Of a stretch of DNA of 64,000 nt, positions 1 to 10,618 are shown one piece after another. This DNA is from Octopus sinensis (taxonomy: Eukaryota). The stretch's first letter is position 1; each line of letters opens with the position of its first letter. The stretch spans positions 1-64,000 of the forward strand of contig NW_021832601.1 in the NCBI RefSeq assembly GCF_006345805.1, written 5' to 3'. Position numbers and translations under genes: made by a program. The notes beneath the pieces were generated by a model. It did not search any database. It saw only the letters and a list, made by a program, of their open reading frames with translations, and was not told the DNA's origin.

Positions 1-345
1 TAAATACTCTAATGTTTGTACTAAATTTTATAGTTTAGTTTTCATTTATTTTTAAATAATTTTGACATTCTTTAGATAAAGTACATTATTGAATAAAAAA
101 ACTTTTGTTTTTATTGATACAATTGATTTTAATCACTTAATTATATAAGTACTTCTTTTGAAACCGAAAAAAACTAGCAGTTGATTTATTGAATTCGTCA
201 ATGTCATAAATTGATGGTTACAAAACCCAGATTATTGTTTTTATCAAACTTTAGATCTTGGATCGAATTTCTAAATCTCAATAATAAAACAACATGGTGT
301 GTGCGCATTAAATTCAAACTAGCAAAATACAGATGAATTGTCTAA
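1..345 (-). repeat. Diverged partial copy of dispersed repeat A (see 16612-17447)
   Basis: Reverse complement aligns by eye to about 16745-17060 (e.g. ctgggttttgtaaccatc, ttcaataaatcaactgctagttttttc, tttagtac..acatt.gagtattta). It is truncated by the window edge. Confidence 0.85.
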
Positions 346-539
346 ATCCTTTCCCCTTACTTCTTGCCCAAAAAAATTATTAACAGAAAATCGATTTGCT
401 ACAATTTTTACAATCTATAGAATCATAACTCAAAATTTTCTTCGAGTTGTCGGGATCAACTAATTAATTTACTTAATTAACTATTGGTGATTTTGAGTTA
501 AATAAAAAAACGACCTATCAAAAATTTGTAGGGAAACGT

Positions 540-960
540 AATAGAAGCGACGATATTAACAGGTAAGTATAAGGTGAGGCTGTTTATACCCCATGAATTC
601 ATATTATTTCTCATGAATTAGCGTTTGTATTAAAAGGCTGAAATTTCAGTTAAAGATGAGTTTTGCGATGACAATAAACATGGCCCAGGGACAGTCATTA
701 AAGGTAGTTGGCTTATTTTTAGAGAGCGAGTGCTTTTCACATTAACACCTGTATGTTAGATTCTCAAGGTTGGGCAAAAAAACTTGTTCATATATGCCAA
801 GGAAACACGGACGACAAACATCGTTTATCAAAAGGCGTTAGAATAGGGTTAATTTAAACCAGGTTGTTGTATATACATTATCTATATATACTTATATAGA
901 TTGATGAAACAGGCCCACCAAAGAGCTAAATCACGCAGAGCGAAGAGATTGGCGAGCTAG
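540..960 (+). mobile_element. Helitron 3' fragment (helicase C-terminus and 3' end)
   Basis: Translation KRLKFQLKMSFAMTINMAQGQSLKVVGLFLESECFSH* is the PIF1-type Helitron helicase end. It terminates in CTAG|T at 957-961 and is similar to 44440-44741. Confidence 0.85.
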
Positions 961-1879
961 TTGAAAATAAATTTGAAATGCTTTGAACATATAATCATAA
1001 CTGCATTTATTTATTTTTATTTATTGACCAAAAAACCAGGGTAGCCAGTTTATTATAATCCCCGTGATCCCCGATTAAAGCGAGAGAGATCCTTCTGAAA
1101 GGTTCGATCCTGCCCACATGATCGGACTAAGACGACGATGTCCCAGGGTCAGAGTTCTAGAAGTCTTTTTTTCGGTAGGCATTAAGTGTCTCCTGAGCGT
1201 TTCTTGCTAGAAATAGTCAAGTACGCTAGAAGAGCGGCATTATTGTAATTGTAGTTCAGCAAATTCAAAAAAGGCATCGGCTTCAGATCATCCATAAACA
1301 ATTAATTATTTGTTGAAAAAGTCATTCTGAATGTACATTGCCAAGTTCGGATATTTTGAATTCAATATTTACTCGAAGGTTATATTACAAGAATATTTTT
1401 CATTTTATTATTATTTACTCGGACTATCTAAATATGCCAGCTTGATTTTTCGATGGATCTGAAAATGATATCGACATTCGGGCATCCGTGAAGACAAGAC
1501 AGTTGCGTATTGAAACGCGATTTATAAAAAAATTATTGAAGAAAAATTTATACGAATTAGAAATCTAGCAATCACATAGGTAAACTCAGTTTGAAAGATC
1601 AAAAATCCTAAGAATCATACAGAAAAAATATATCTGGCAACTAATGTACATTTTATCTCTCGAAAGTACAGACAGCATTAGAAATACATAAGAATTGACA
1701 TTCAAGAAACTAAATGAGATTCCAATTGTAAATCTGTTAAAGAAAACTGAAAAGAAACCATTACATTCAATTCTATATCAGTGTCTGGAAAATACTGACG
1801 TGAATTGGGTCAAAATTCCAGGGTAACCAATAAACAAAAATAACTCATCTTTAAACAAAAAAATTTTCTGTTTACTTCG

Positions 1880-2420
1880 AGATCGCAACCTGTTTTTCGA
1901 ATATGGAGGAAAATAATTCAATTATTGTAACTGAACAAAAAAGAGAGTTTACCACCACAGCTACAAGATGTAGCAGAATGTTTAATAGTTCTTATCTCAG
2001 AAGACATAAAGAAATTGTTAAATGCTTACATTTGCATTTGTATAGGAAGTATGAAATTAGGAAGAACAAAAAGCCAAAAATCAACTTAGTTCAATCTGTT
2101 CTAGAGAATGAGCTTGTCGAAATAAAGGTCAGTACAGCAATCAGAATGTTGTGAAAATACATAAACATGACCTGTTAGAAAGTGAATCAAATATTACTTG
2201 TGGTGGAAGGTAAGAATAATCCCATTCGTATCTAAATAAGAGCTAATTCCTCAAATTACTAAAAAAAGCTATCTAGGCTTCTTTAGAATTGAAAAGGCAA
2301 CCAAGGCATTTATCCAGCCAGCGTGCTTCAGAAAAAATTGGAGAGCATGAAGTGTAGGAAAAACATTGACTTTTTAATGCGTTCTTATGAAGAGAAAGCT
2401 AACATAAATCCAACTCTTGA
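1880..2420 (+). mobile_element. Degenerate non-LTR retrotransposon, restriction-like endonuclease (R4/Dong-like) C-terminal fragment
   Basis: ATRCSRMFNSSYLRRHKEIVKCLHLHL..VLENELVEIKVST matches the RLE zinc-finger/RH region. Stops and frameshifts follow. Confidence 0.7.
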
Positions 2421-2693
2421 TTGCTCTAGGAGGAGAATGCCGTACACAAAATAGACTTAAACTAATTAATTAATTTAATAGACAAAGATGCCAAAACTGC
2501 TGAACCATATTTACAAAGATTATCTAAATAATAGTTTATTTGACTTAAAGATTCATTCTATTTAGTAAATAAGTATTTCTTGTTTGAAAATTTATTAAAA
2601 ATAAAATTTTAATATCACCTTTTTTGTGGTCGATATATATACAAATTGGTATTAAATTTCTACTAGCTATATATTTTTGATAGAATATACCGA

Positions 2694-2975
2694 ATGTGGC
2701 ATCTTCTAGTAAGAATAGTCAGTAAATATGGTCCAGCAGTTTTGACACCACTTTTAATACCAATTGCTACCGTCGGATACTATTTAGAGTGGTCAATAAG
2801 AGGTTCTACTGAAGAGGAACAGTTAACTGTCAAAGAAGAACGTGAGGAACGTCTAATATCGACTATCACTGCTGAAAGCCCACATATGCCCCGTTCCTTC
2901 AATCCTCCAAAGAAATTTTCAAGTCTTAGGATAAATGACCCCTCTTTACTGTACAGTCAAAACCGATCTGAATAA
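2694..2975 (+). CDS. SMIM12: Small integral membrane protein 12 (UPF0767), 93 aa, single exon
   Basis: MWHLLVRIVSKYGPAVLTPLLIPIATVGYYLEWSIRG..EEREER matches the family pattern MW..R.Y.P...P.....VGY.LEW.IRG..ERRE.R. Confidence 0.85.
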   Translation: MWHLLVRIVSKYGPAVLTPLLIPIATVGYYLEWSIRGSTEEEQLTVKEEREERLISTITAESPHMPRSFNPPKKFSSLRINDPSLLYSQNRSE

Positions 2976-3199
2976 AATTTTATTTTTTTGATTAATATGA
3001 TTTATTTAATTTTAGAATAACACAGGAAAACTACACATGCAAAATAAGGTTTTTCTGCTACCTCCAAAGTTAGCCAAATAGGATAGGATGACAAAATTTT
3101 TGTGTTTTGTAATTGTATAATATCATTTTCAGCATATACTGTATTTTTCACAGCATTGGTTCTACGAAAAGAATTAGGAAAAGAATTTTGGAATACGAC

Positions 3200-3700
3200 T
3201 GTTGAGGTAGTTCAAGAGGAATTTTTTAAGAAATCACACAACATGTCAAAAATAGCATCTAATATGCCGCGAATTAAGTTGGCGACCAAGATGACCTACA
3301 TAGTTCGACACTAATTACTGGGACCATCTTTGCACTATAAAATTTACTGTAAAGAGCTGAAGAGTGTTGTTGATGCACATGCTGTAATGAATTTTTCCGA
3401 GTATGGAAGAAAATTGGATTTGTTGCCAAAGGAATTTCATGAAAGATTCAATGATTTCTTGTTTTTTGAACTCGAATTTTCATTATTCACAGCACCTTTT
3501 GCCTTCGATGCTAACAATGCAGATAGAAATTTACAAATGGAATTGTTGGCGATCTAATCGGATTCTATACTAAAGATATTTGGAAGTTGGAATACCTGCT
3601 TTCTCTACGGATCTTCTTGGAAAGCATAAAAACTTTTGAAATTTTGCTACTAAAATAATTGCTATGTCTGGTTCAATATGTATGCACTATTGTCGCAAAA
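3200..3700 (+). mobile_element. hAT transposase remnant, GTF2IRD2/EPM2AIP1/SPIN-like
   Basis: FHERFNDF..FSLFTAPFAFDANNADRNLQMELL and ATKIIAMSGS, interrupted by stops. Confidence 0.7.
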
Positions 3701-3872
3701 TTTTCCGCTTTGACTCTGATCATTTTCGTAGCACTTTTGATGTAGACTTCTGGTTTGTTGAACTCTCAGACCTGAATCACACCTGGGGCTTTTTCTACTC
3801 AAGAACTATCTCTTTATTCCGAAATTTTGCATGTTACGAAAATAAAATTACCGATTGAAAAAAAATAAAAAA

Positions 3873-3972
3873 AATAAAAAAGTCAACAATTGAAGACGCT
3901 AATTTTAAAACTGCAATCAACTGGTCAATATATTATTAATTCACTGTTTAAAAGTAAATATAATTCCTTTGC
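3873..3972 (+). repeat. About 100-bp direct repeat, copy 1 (copy 2 at 6991-7090)
   Basis: aataaaaaagtcaacaattgaagacgctaattttaaaactgcaatcaact...cctttgc is present at both sites with a few substitutions. Confidence 0.9.
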
Positions 3973-4030
3973 TACCCGTTATTTTTAAAATTCATTAATT
4001 TTAGAATATAAGATCACCAATACCTTAGAG

Positions 4031-4776
4031 CAGAGGTTTCCAAATGGGGAGGCGCGCCTCCCTAGGGAGGCGTTGACTCGTGTCAAGGGAGGCGCGAAAA
4101 GTATTTCAGAAACATTTTTTAGAAAATTATATCTATGTAAAAAACGTGACTATATTCCGATAATAAGAGTTATTAATTTAAAAATTATATTGAAGCAAAC
4201 AAAGACATATTTGCTGAACATTTGGATTGTTTGTTGAAGCATTTTGCTCACTATTTTAAAGATCTCGACTGTAAAATGTTCGAATGGATACAGAATCCAT
4301 TTATTGATGAAGAAGATAATCAATTTGCATTGACAACTTTTGAAAAAGAAAAATTGATAGAATTGTCATGCGATACATTATTGAAACAAAAATTTGAGAG
4401 AGAACCGCTAATTTCTTTTTGGTTGAATGTAAGAACGGAATATGAAATTTTGTCGAATAAAGCAATGAAAGTTTTGTTGCCATTTGCTACTTCATATTTA
4501 TGCGAAACTGGATTTTCTGCACTAGCTGCAATTAAATCTAAATATCGAACTCGTTTAGTAGTGACTAATGAGCTAAGAGTAGCACTCTCTGCGATGACAC
4601 CAAGATTTGAAAAACTTTGCGCCAAGATGGAAAAAAAATTATCTCATTAACTTTTTGTTTTAAAAAATTGTTTTTGATAAAATAATAATTGTATTATATT
4701 ATGGAATATAAAGGGAGGCGCAAGATTGTACTTTTTCTCTAAGGGAGGCGCGTAAAAAAAAGCTTGGAAACCTCTG
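4031..4776 (+). mobile_element. Non-autonomous hAT (Buster/Charlie) element, 746 bp
   Basis: Perfect 13-bp TIRs CAGAGGTTTCCAA / TTGGAAACCTCTG and gggaggcgc subterminal repeats. ORF 4222-4650 encodes the Buster dimerisation domain (LLPFATSYLCETGFSALAAIKSKYRTRL). Confidence 0.9.
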
Positions 4777-4859
4777 GTCTAGTCTTTTGGCAAAGGCGTA
4801 AAACGCTTTTTTCTAGTTCATAAAAGTTGTCCATATCTATTTCATTTGTTAGCTGTTAG

Positions 4860-5915
4860 TAAGAAACTGGCGTATCCATCTGCATGCACCCATAGCTTCC
4901 GAACTGATTATTTTCACGAGTATGAAATCTTTATCATCCCCATCGTCTTCACAAGAAATATCTCTTGACATTAAACATATTTCATCATCGGACATGATTC
5001 CGATACATTCGTCGTCCTCCCAGCCTTACAAAAACAGTTGTAAATTGTTGTTATTTTGACTTCTCTCCAAACCATTTTGAGCATGTGTAGTGCATCCAAG
5101 AGAGTGATAGAATTCACAACGGATTTGGTACAGGCATCGTCTGAATCAATTATGGCAGTCACTCGTTGTAAAAATCCCAATCTGTAGTTGTGCTTTAGAC
5201 TTTTTATAATCCCCATATCACATGGGTGAATGCATGCGGATGTGTTTGGTAAGACAATTGATAAATTTTCACCAGCATCTTTCGGATGCGCAGCACAAAT
5301 GTCAAGGACCATGGCTATATTTCTTTTTCGTACTTTCATTTTCTTGTTAACACATGATAACCGGTTTTTAAAAATGCGTGATGTCATCCATGCATTCTAT
5401 AATTCTAGTGAAATTGACGTGATACCTTATTGGCAACGTAGTTAACTGGAAGTGTTTTGATACATTTGAAGCATCTAGGATTCTTTCTTTTCCCAATGAC
5501 CATCAATGGGTGATTGTCCGAACCCGTCATGTTGCAGGATACCATTACTATCACTCTATCCTTTATTTTTTTACTTCCAACGGTATTTCATTGTTAAATG
5601 AGAGTGTCCCGTCGGGTAAACCTCGGAATATGAGTCTTGTTTCATCACAATTATAAATGTTTTCCGGTGTAATTTTTGAGAAGGTGTAAAATCACGACGT
5701 AACGAAAATGACATGTGGAGTAGTAATTCAATTTTAAACAAAAATTTTTATAAGAAAAAATAGTAAATGTTCCCAATGAGAGTATGAGATAAACCGATAT
5801 GTAATTAACCGATATTTTTTGAATGGAAAGCATATAAATTATGATTTTAAACATAAATTTATGCTATTAACCGATTTATGCAATTAACCGATTTCTATTT
5901 AAGAAATAAAATAGA
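4860..5915 (-). mobile_element. pogo/Tigger (CENP-B-like) transposase remnant
   Basis: VLDICAAHP..LPNTSACIHPCDMGIIKSLKHNYR..ITLLDALHMLKMVWREV..IYNCFCKAG; DETRL motif near 5640; attaaccgat repeats at 5800-5915. Confidence 0.8.
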
Positions 5916-5967
5916 TAATTTATTTTTTATTAATAAAGGCCTGAAATGAGATCAATTAACAATTAAT

Positions 5968-6869
5968 TTAGATATCTGTTTCGAAGTACATTAAATCCTA
6001 AATATAAAAAACTATAAAAATACGATCAAGAAAATAGCAGATAGCATAATCATTTTAAGGTTAGCATCTATATTTTTCAAAACTGGAAATTAAAGTATCA
6101 ATAACTACATCGAACTCCAAATGAATCCGCACATGTGAAATATTCATTTATAAATCCACTCCATTTTTTGTAAATTTCAGCTACAACTTCTTCGTCACTG
6201 TTTTTAATCTTATAAAGAAAATAAACAAAATTTATAAAACTGGGAAAATCAAATCTTTTCTGGAAAATAATTGAATTTGACAAATCGGTCCTGTAATTGT
6301 ATAAAGTAGGTCTTTTTCACTGTTAAGAACTTCGAAATATGGGCTTAGGCAACTTTTGCTATTCATTGTTTGGAAAAAGAACAAACCCTTGAACGACATA
6401 TCCTATAATTTCATCACTTCTATTTTTAACGACAATTTCGGCACTACAGCATGGAATTCCACCACAACAAGGAAAGCACATACATTTGAGCTTTCTTTTG
6501 AAACTAAATATGAGCTAATAGTAATGGCAAAATAATTCCTCTTCGTTTAAATCATAAAAGTTCATTTTTAGGGAACGTGCACTCCCCAAACACAACCTCA
6601 TAAAAAGTCCAGATTCTAAAATTAATTTTAAACAGTTTTAACCCTCTTTAACATTAAGAAATGGCTGATTCATAATATTGTAAATAATATATTTATTTTT
6701 GGCTTCATAAGAAAACACTTTGAATAAATTTATATATTTCAATATTTACAAATTTCAGTGAGTTTAACTTTCTGTTGGATAATCAGTTGATCAATATCAT
6801 TTAGATATTTAAGAGCTGATTGGGGTACGATCTCTGAAAAAATTAGATCACTGTGAATATACTATCCAT
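5968..6869 (-). CDS. Phospholipid scramblase (PLSCR family), multi-exon with micro-introns; one intron lacks a GT donor
   Basis: Spliced product contains ALKYLNDIDQLIIQQKVKL, YEAKNKY, KLKCMCFPCC, TITGPIC, IYKKWSGFINEYFTCADSFGV and LSAIFLIDLMYFE. The start codon is inferred. Confidence 0.85.
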
Positions 6870-6990
6870 AGTAATTATAGGTCAATCTATATGTTTTATT
6901 TATATTTTGAAAATATACAGTTTTAAATAAAAGTTCTAATATTTTTTGAAAAAATGTATCATTCTCCTAACAAAATTAAGGCGACGACAT

Positions 6991-7090
6991 AATAAAAAAG
7001 TCAACAATTGAAGACGCTAATTTTAAAACTGCAATCAACTAATCAGTATATTATTAATTCACCGTTTAAAAGTAAACATAATTCCTTTGC
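6991..7090 (+). repeat. About 100-bp direct repeat, copy 2 (copy 1 at 3873-3972)
   Basis: Near-identical to 3873-3972. Confidence 0.9.
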
Positions 7091-8039
7091 CACAACTAGA
7101 TAACAAGTGTATATCCAGGAAATTGTATTTATGAAAATTTTGTCAAATTTACCATATCTATCTGGTTACGCTCTCTTGGAGCTTTTGCTTTAATGTTTAT
7201 TAAAGGAATATGTCCTTTTAACTTCGAGCACAGGCCACACATTCAGGCCAAAATATAGATCAATAAGTCAAAAGTGTTGGGTCAAAATGACGCTCGACAT
7301 TAAATATGTCAATAATTTAATTTTTTCAAAAAGTTGTTTCAGTTTGCAAATATCAACCTTTTAGAGCCAGAATCATTCATTATTATTTTTTTTCACCTTT
7401 GAAAGCTTTGGCACAGACTTTTTGGATGCTTAGTGTTTTCTTGCATACATTTTTTTGTCAGCATTATCCGAATACTCTTTTTCGATCGTCCAATTGGAGT
7501 TTTTAAATAATCTACAAAGGGATGGCTTCTCATCTTTAACATTGTAGACCTCTGAGAAGGAGCAATCCTGCGCCTCTCGTTGACTAAATATCCACAAATG
7601 AGTTTCGGTCCTGCACTATAAATTGTTTTGCTAACCTGGAAGTTGTTTTCATACTTTAGCTTTCATGAGGACTTGATAGTGTCCACTTCAAATTCACTCA
7701 ACACTTGAATAACATAGACTTAGATTGATTTATTGTCTGCGAGAGCGATGATGATTCTCTAGGCTACTTTCGGAGAAAGTGATCCTTTTCCTGATATCGT
7801 AAGTTAAGGTCGTCTTAAGGAATCCGGCGAACCCCGAAGTTTCAAATGCGACAGAGGCAGAGAGCCAATGGACCGCAAGAGTTTGGTATTTGTTGGTTTT
7901 CACGTGGTCCGCCTTGTGTTGTAGGTATACGACAGACCAGACTATATTCGAATTTAAGAACATCCGTACAGGTGGCACCCCACAACAGTGATCGGCCTTC
8001 GAGACTTAGAAGATTGCCATTCTGTTCGGTCTCTCGCAC

Positions 8040-8320
8040 TCACCATGGTCGAGGTCGGCTGGGTCGAGGATATAGGGGAACTCCGCAAGTTGGACTACGC
8101 GGAAAATACGCAGGTATTTCGTTCTCTTTAACTATTCGGCCTGAGCACTGGCTGCAAGTTTTGGGTAGCGTCGTCACCGAAAAAGAGTCGACGCAGGTGG
8201 CGTCCAAAACCAGAGACTTGCCTTCCCTGAAAGCAAAGATCGTCATCCCGTCAGGAATCTTACCGTCGCTCCGGAAAAGCCCAACAGGCTCTAGAGTGGA
8301 AGGGAAACCAGCCGACATGA
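8040..8320 (-). mobile_element. CRE-clade non-LTR retrotransposon endonuclease fragment
   Basis: [30 protein letters not shown] is the PD..D restriction-like endonuclease motif of CRE elements. Confidence 0.8.
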
Positions 8321-9089
8321 CAAAGAATAATCCGAAGACGAAATTAAATGATCATCAAAATTCATTCCACATACGTCTTCTTTAAAATCCAATTTTTTCA
8401 AATTTTTTTAATTCGAAAGTTATTTCAAGAAAGTAATAGTTACGTCAACTAGAAGTTAACAAAGCCATCCATTCAGAGTGGACCTTGCCGACATTATCGA
8501 CGTTGCGTTGCCTCTCACGATGGCAACAGAGATCAACTTGAGAAACCACCGGCTCTCACGTGAGTCGTGACTTTTTAATGTGGCTAAGCGTCCAAGCTTC
8601 TTTAGAAAGCCTCTCATTGGTTTGATTGGTTTAGAAGCCTCTCATATTTATCCTCGCAGATTGTCCTGTAACGGTCTTTCTGCTCAGGCATTGTCACCCT
8701 CGAATGCTCCATCTCTGTGATTTCAGATGATTCTGTTTGGAGTTGGAGAATCATCCTGATCAGCAGTCGGCTGGAGTCCAAAGAGGATAGGTATGCGGGG
8801 CAAGATAAATCTTTCGGTGAAGGGATTCCCAGTCCGTCCAGGTTTACGGGTAGGGTCGCTTAGTCCCACCCTTGGTCATCAAATTTCACATCGGTGATGC
8901 GTTTTTTGAGTAATTGAATGATATTGTTAATATATCTTGGCCTTGAGAGGAAAATTTATAAATTAGTTTTCTGCCAAAACTTGTTTTGTGAAAAATTAAC
9001 TGAATAATCGTAAAAATCGCAGAAACAAACTATTCAATATGAATTTTAGCTAAATTATCTAATTAGTAGTCAAAATAGTCCGTAATTTT

Positions 9090-9370
9090 CATTCTTTGCT
9101 TGGAAGAAGAGTTAGTCACAAACTTTCTTTCATTTTTTCTCAAGGTTTTTGTTCAGCTGAGTATCCTTATGGCATGCCAGCTCAACAAGTTGTTTGGGGG
9201 GCAGAGGCCTACTCTTTAATGCATGTTTTCATTCCATGTCTTTGTTCAATGACCATACTTTCCGGAGTCCTCTTTAGCACATCCGACTAGACGTATGTCC
9301 TCTTTCCTTCTTCAATGGATAACTTTTCCTTGTGACTTTTAAAAAACTTTGAGACAACTCCATTTCATGT
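9090..9370 (-). mobile_element. R4-like RLE retrotransposon extreme C-terminal fragment
   Basis: RTYV*SDVLKRTPESMVIEQRHG is homologous to RTYIQFVVLKRTLESMVVEHRHG at 39250-39430. Confidence 0.65.
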
Positions 9371-10618
9371 CAAGACTATAGCAATAATGTGTGTACAATA
9401 AATCTAATCAATTATAGTCAAATCAATTACAAATCGAAATATTTTTTTGTTGATTCGACATGATTTTATTACATTCTGCTCTATTAACAAAGTGTTTATA
9501 AAATTGTCAGATAAAATCTGGTATTAAATATGGAGATCTTATTTTTTTAATTATTGATCGTATCATACTTTTGCGGATACTTCTTCGCCCGTTATAGCTT
9601 TAGAAAATGAATATATGGTATTTTTTAATTTGGATTTATTAAAGAAATCATGAAATTTTCTATTTAATAGCCAGCATTACCTCTGACTAAGAACGGATCC
9701 TTAAAAAATTTAAGTATAGTCATTGAAATAACTTTAAAAGGTCGCTGAATTTTTTAATAATTGTTATTTATGTCAATTAACATAGCTTATATTTTCGATC
9801 GAATGTTGGAGTTATCATTTCTATAAGTAGTTATATCATAAATCATTAATTAAATTAAGTCAGTGTGATTTTAGATCGTATCTCCGCTACTTAAACGTGA
9901 AATTACTAAATGAGAGTTTTTTGAACAGTCTGAAAATAGGTCAATTATGTCTTTATGACGGCTAACAATACTTGATTAATAAGAAATATAATTAATCTTT
10001 GGCTGTCTATAAATTAATGATATATTAAAACAAATTATAATTATAATAAAACTCGAAATATTTATTATTTAAGCAATTTTTTACCATAAATTATATGTTA
10101 ATTATTTTTCCTGCTGTAAAATTGCAAGAGGTATTAATTATATTTTAACTACAATTTGTTTCTATTTATAATAATTAGGACATTAAGCTGTTGCTATAAA
10201 ATAAATTTTTACACTATAAATTTATAAATAATTTAATCTCAACCTAATATTTCAAACAACAAAAAAATTTCAAAAGTATATCATAAATATTTTCCCAATA
10301 TTGCCTTGTTTATCACGACTCGAAATATAATTGGTTGCCGCATCGATTACTTACTTATATATGCTATTTCTTACTAAGATCCGTGATAATATAATTTTAG
10401 TAAGAAATGGTTAGATTAATTTTTATTCGCTGAAATTAGTTATTATTGACTCTAGGAATTATTTTTGTTGGTATTCGATTCCAATCTATTTTAATTCAAA
10501 ATCACTAGACAGCAATTTGATGTCCAAGTAGTACTCAAAATGATTAATCTGTTGCAATTTAAATTATTTTTCTATAATTATTGTTATATCACGTATTTTA
10601 GACTGCACTTTTTAGAAA

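Noticed and set aside
1090-1125. ggttcgatcc B-box-like motif suggesting a tRNA
   Set aside because: No A-box, acceptor stem or cloverleaf could be built.
7090-7400. Possible MULE transposase remnant (SKRLIFAN on the - strand)
   Set aside because: A single short motif among stops; not supportable.
7846-8385. 179-aa Arg-rich ORF on the + strand
   Set aside because: Antisense shadow of GC-richer retrotransposon remnants on the - strand.
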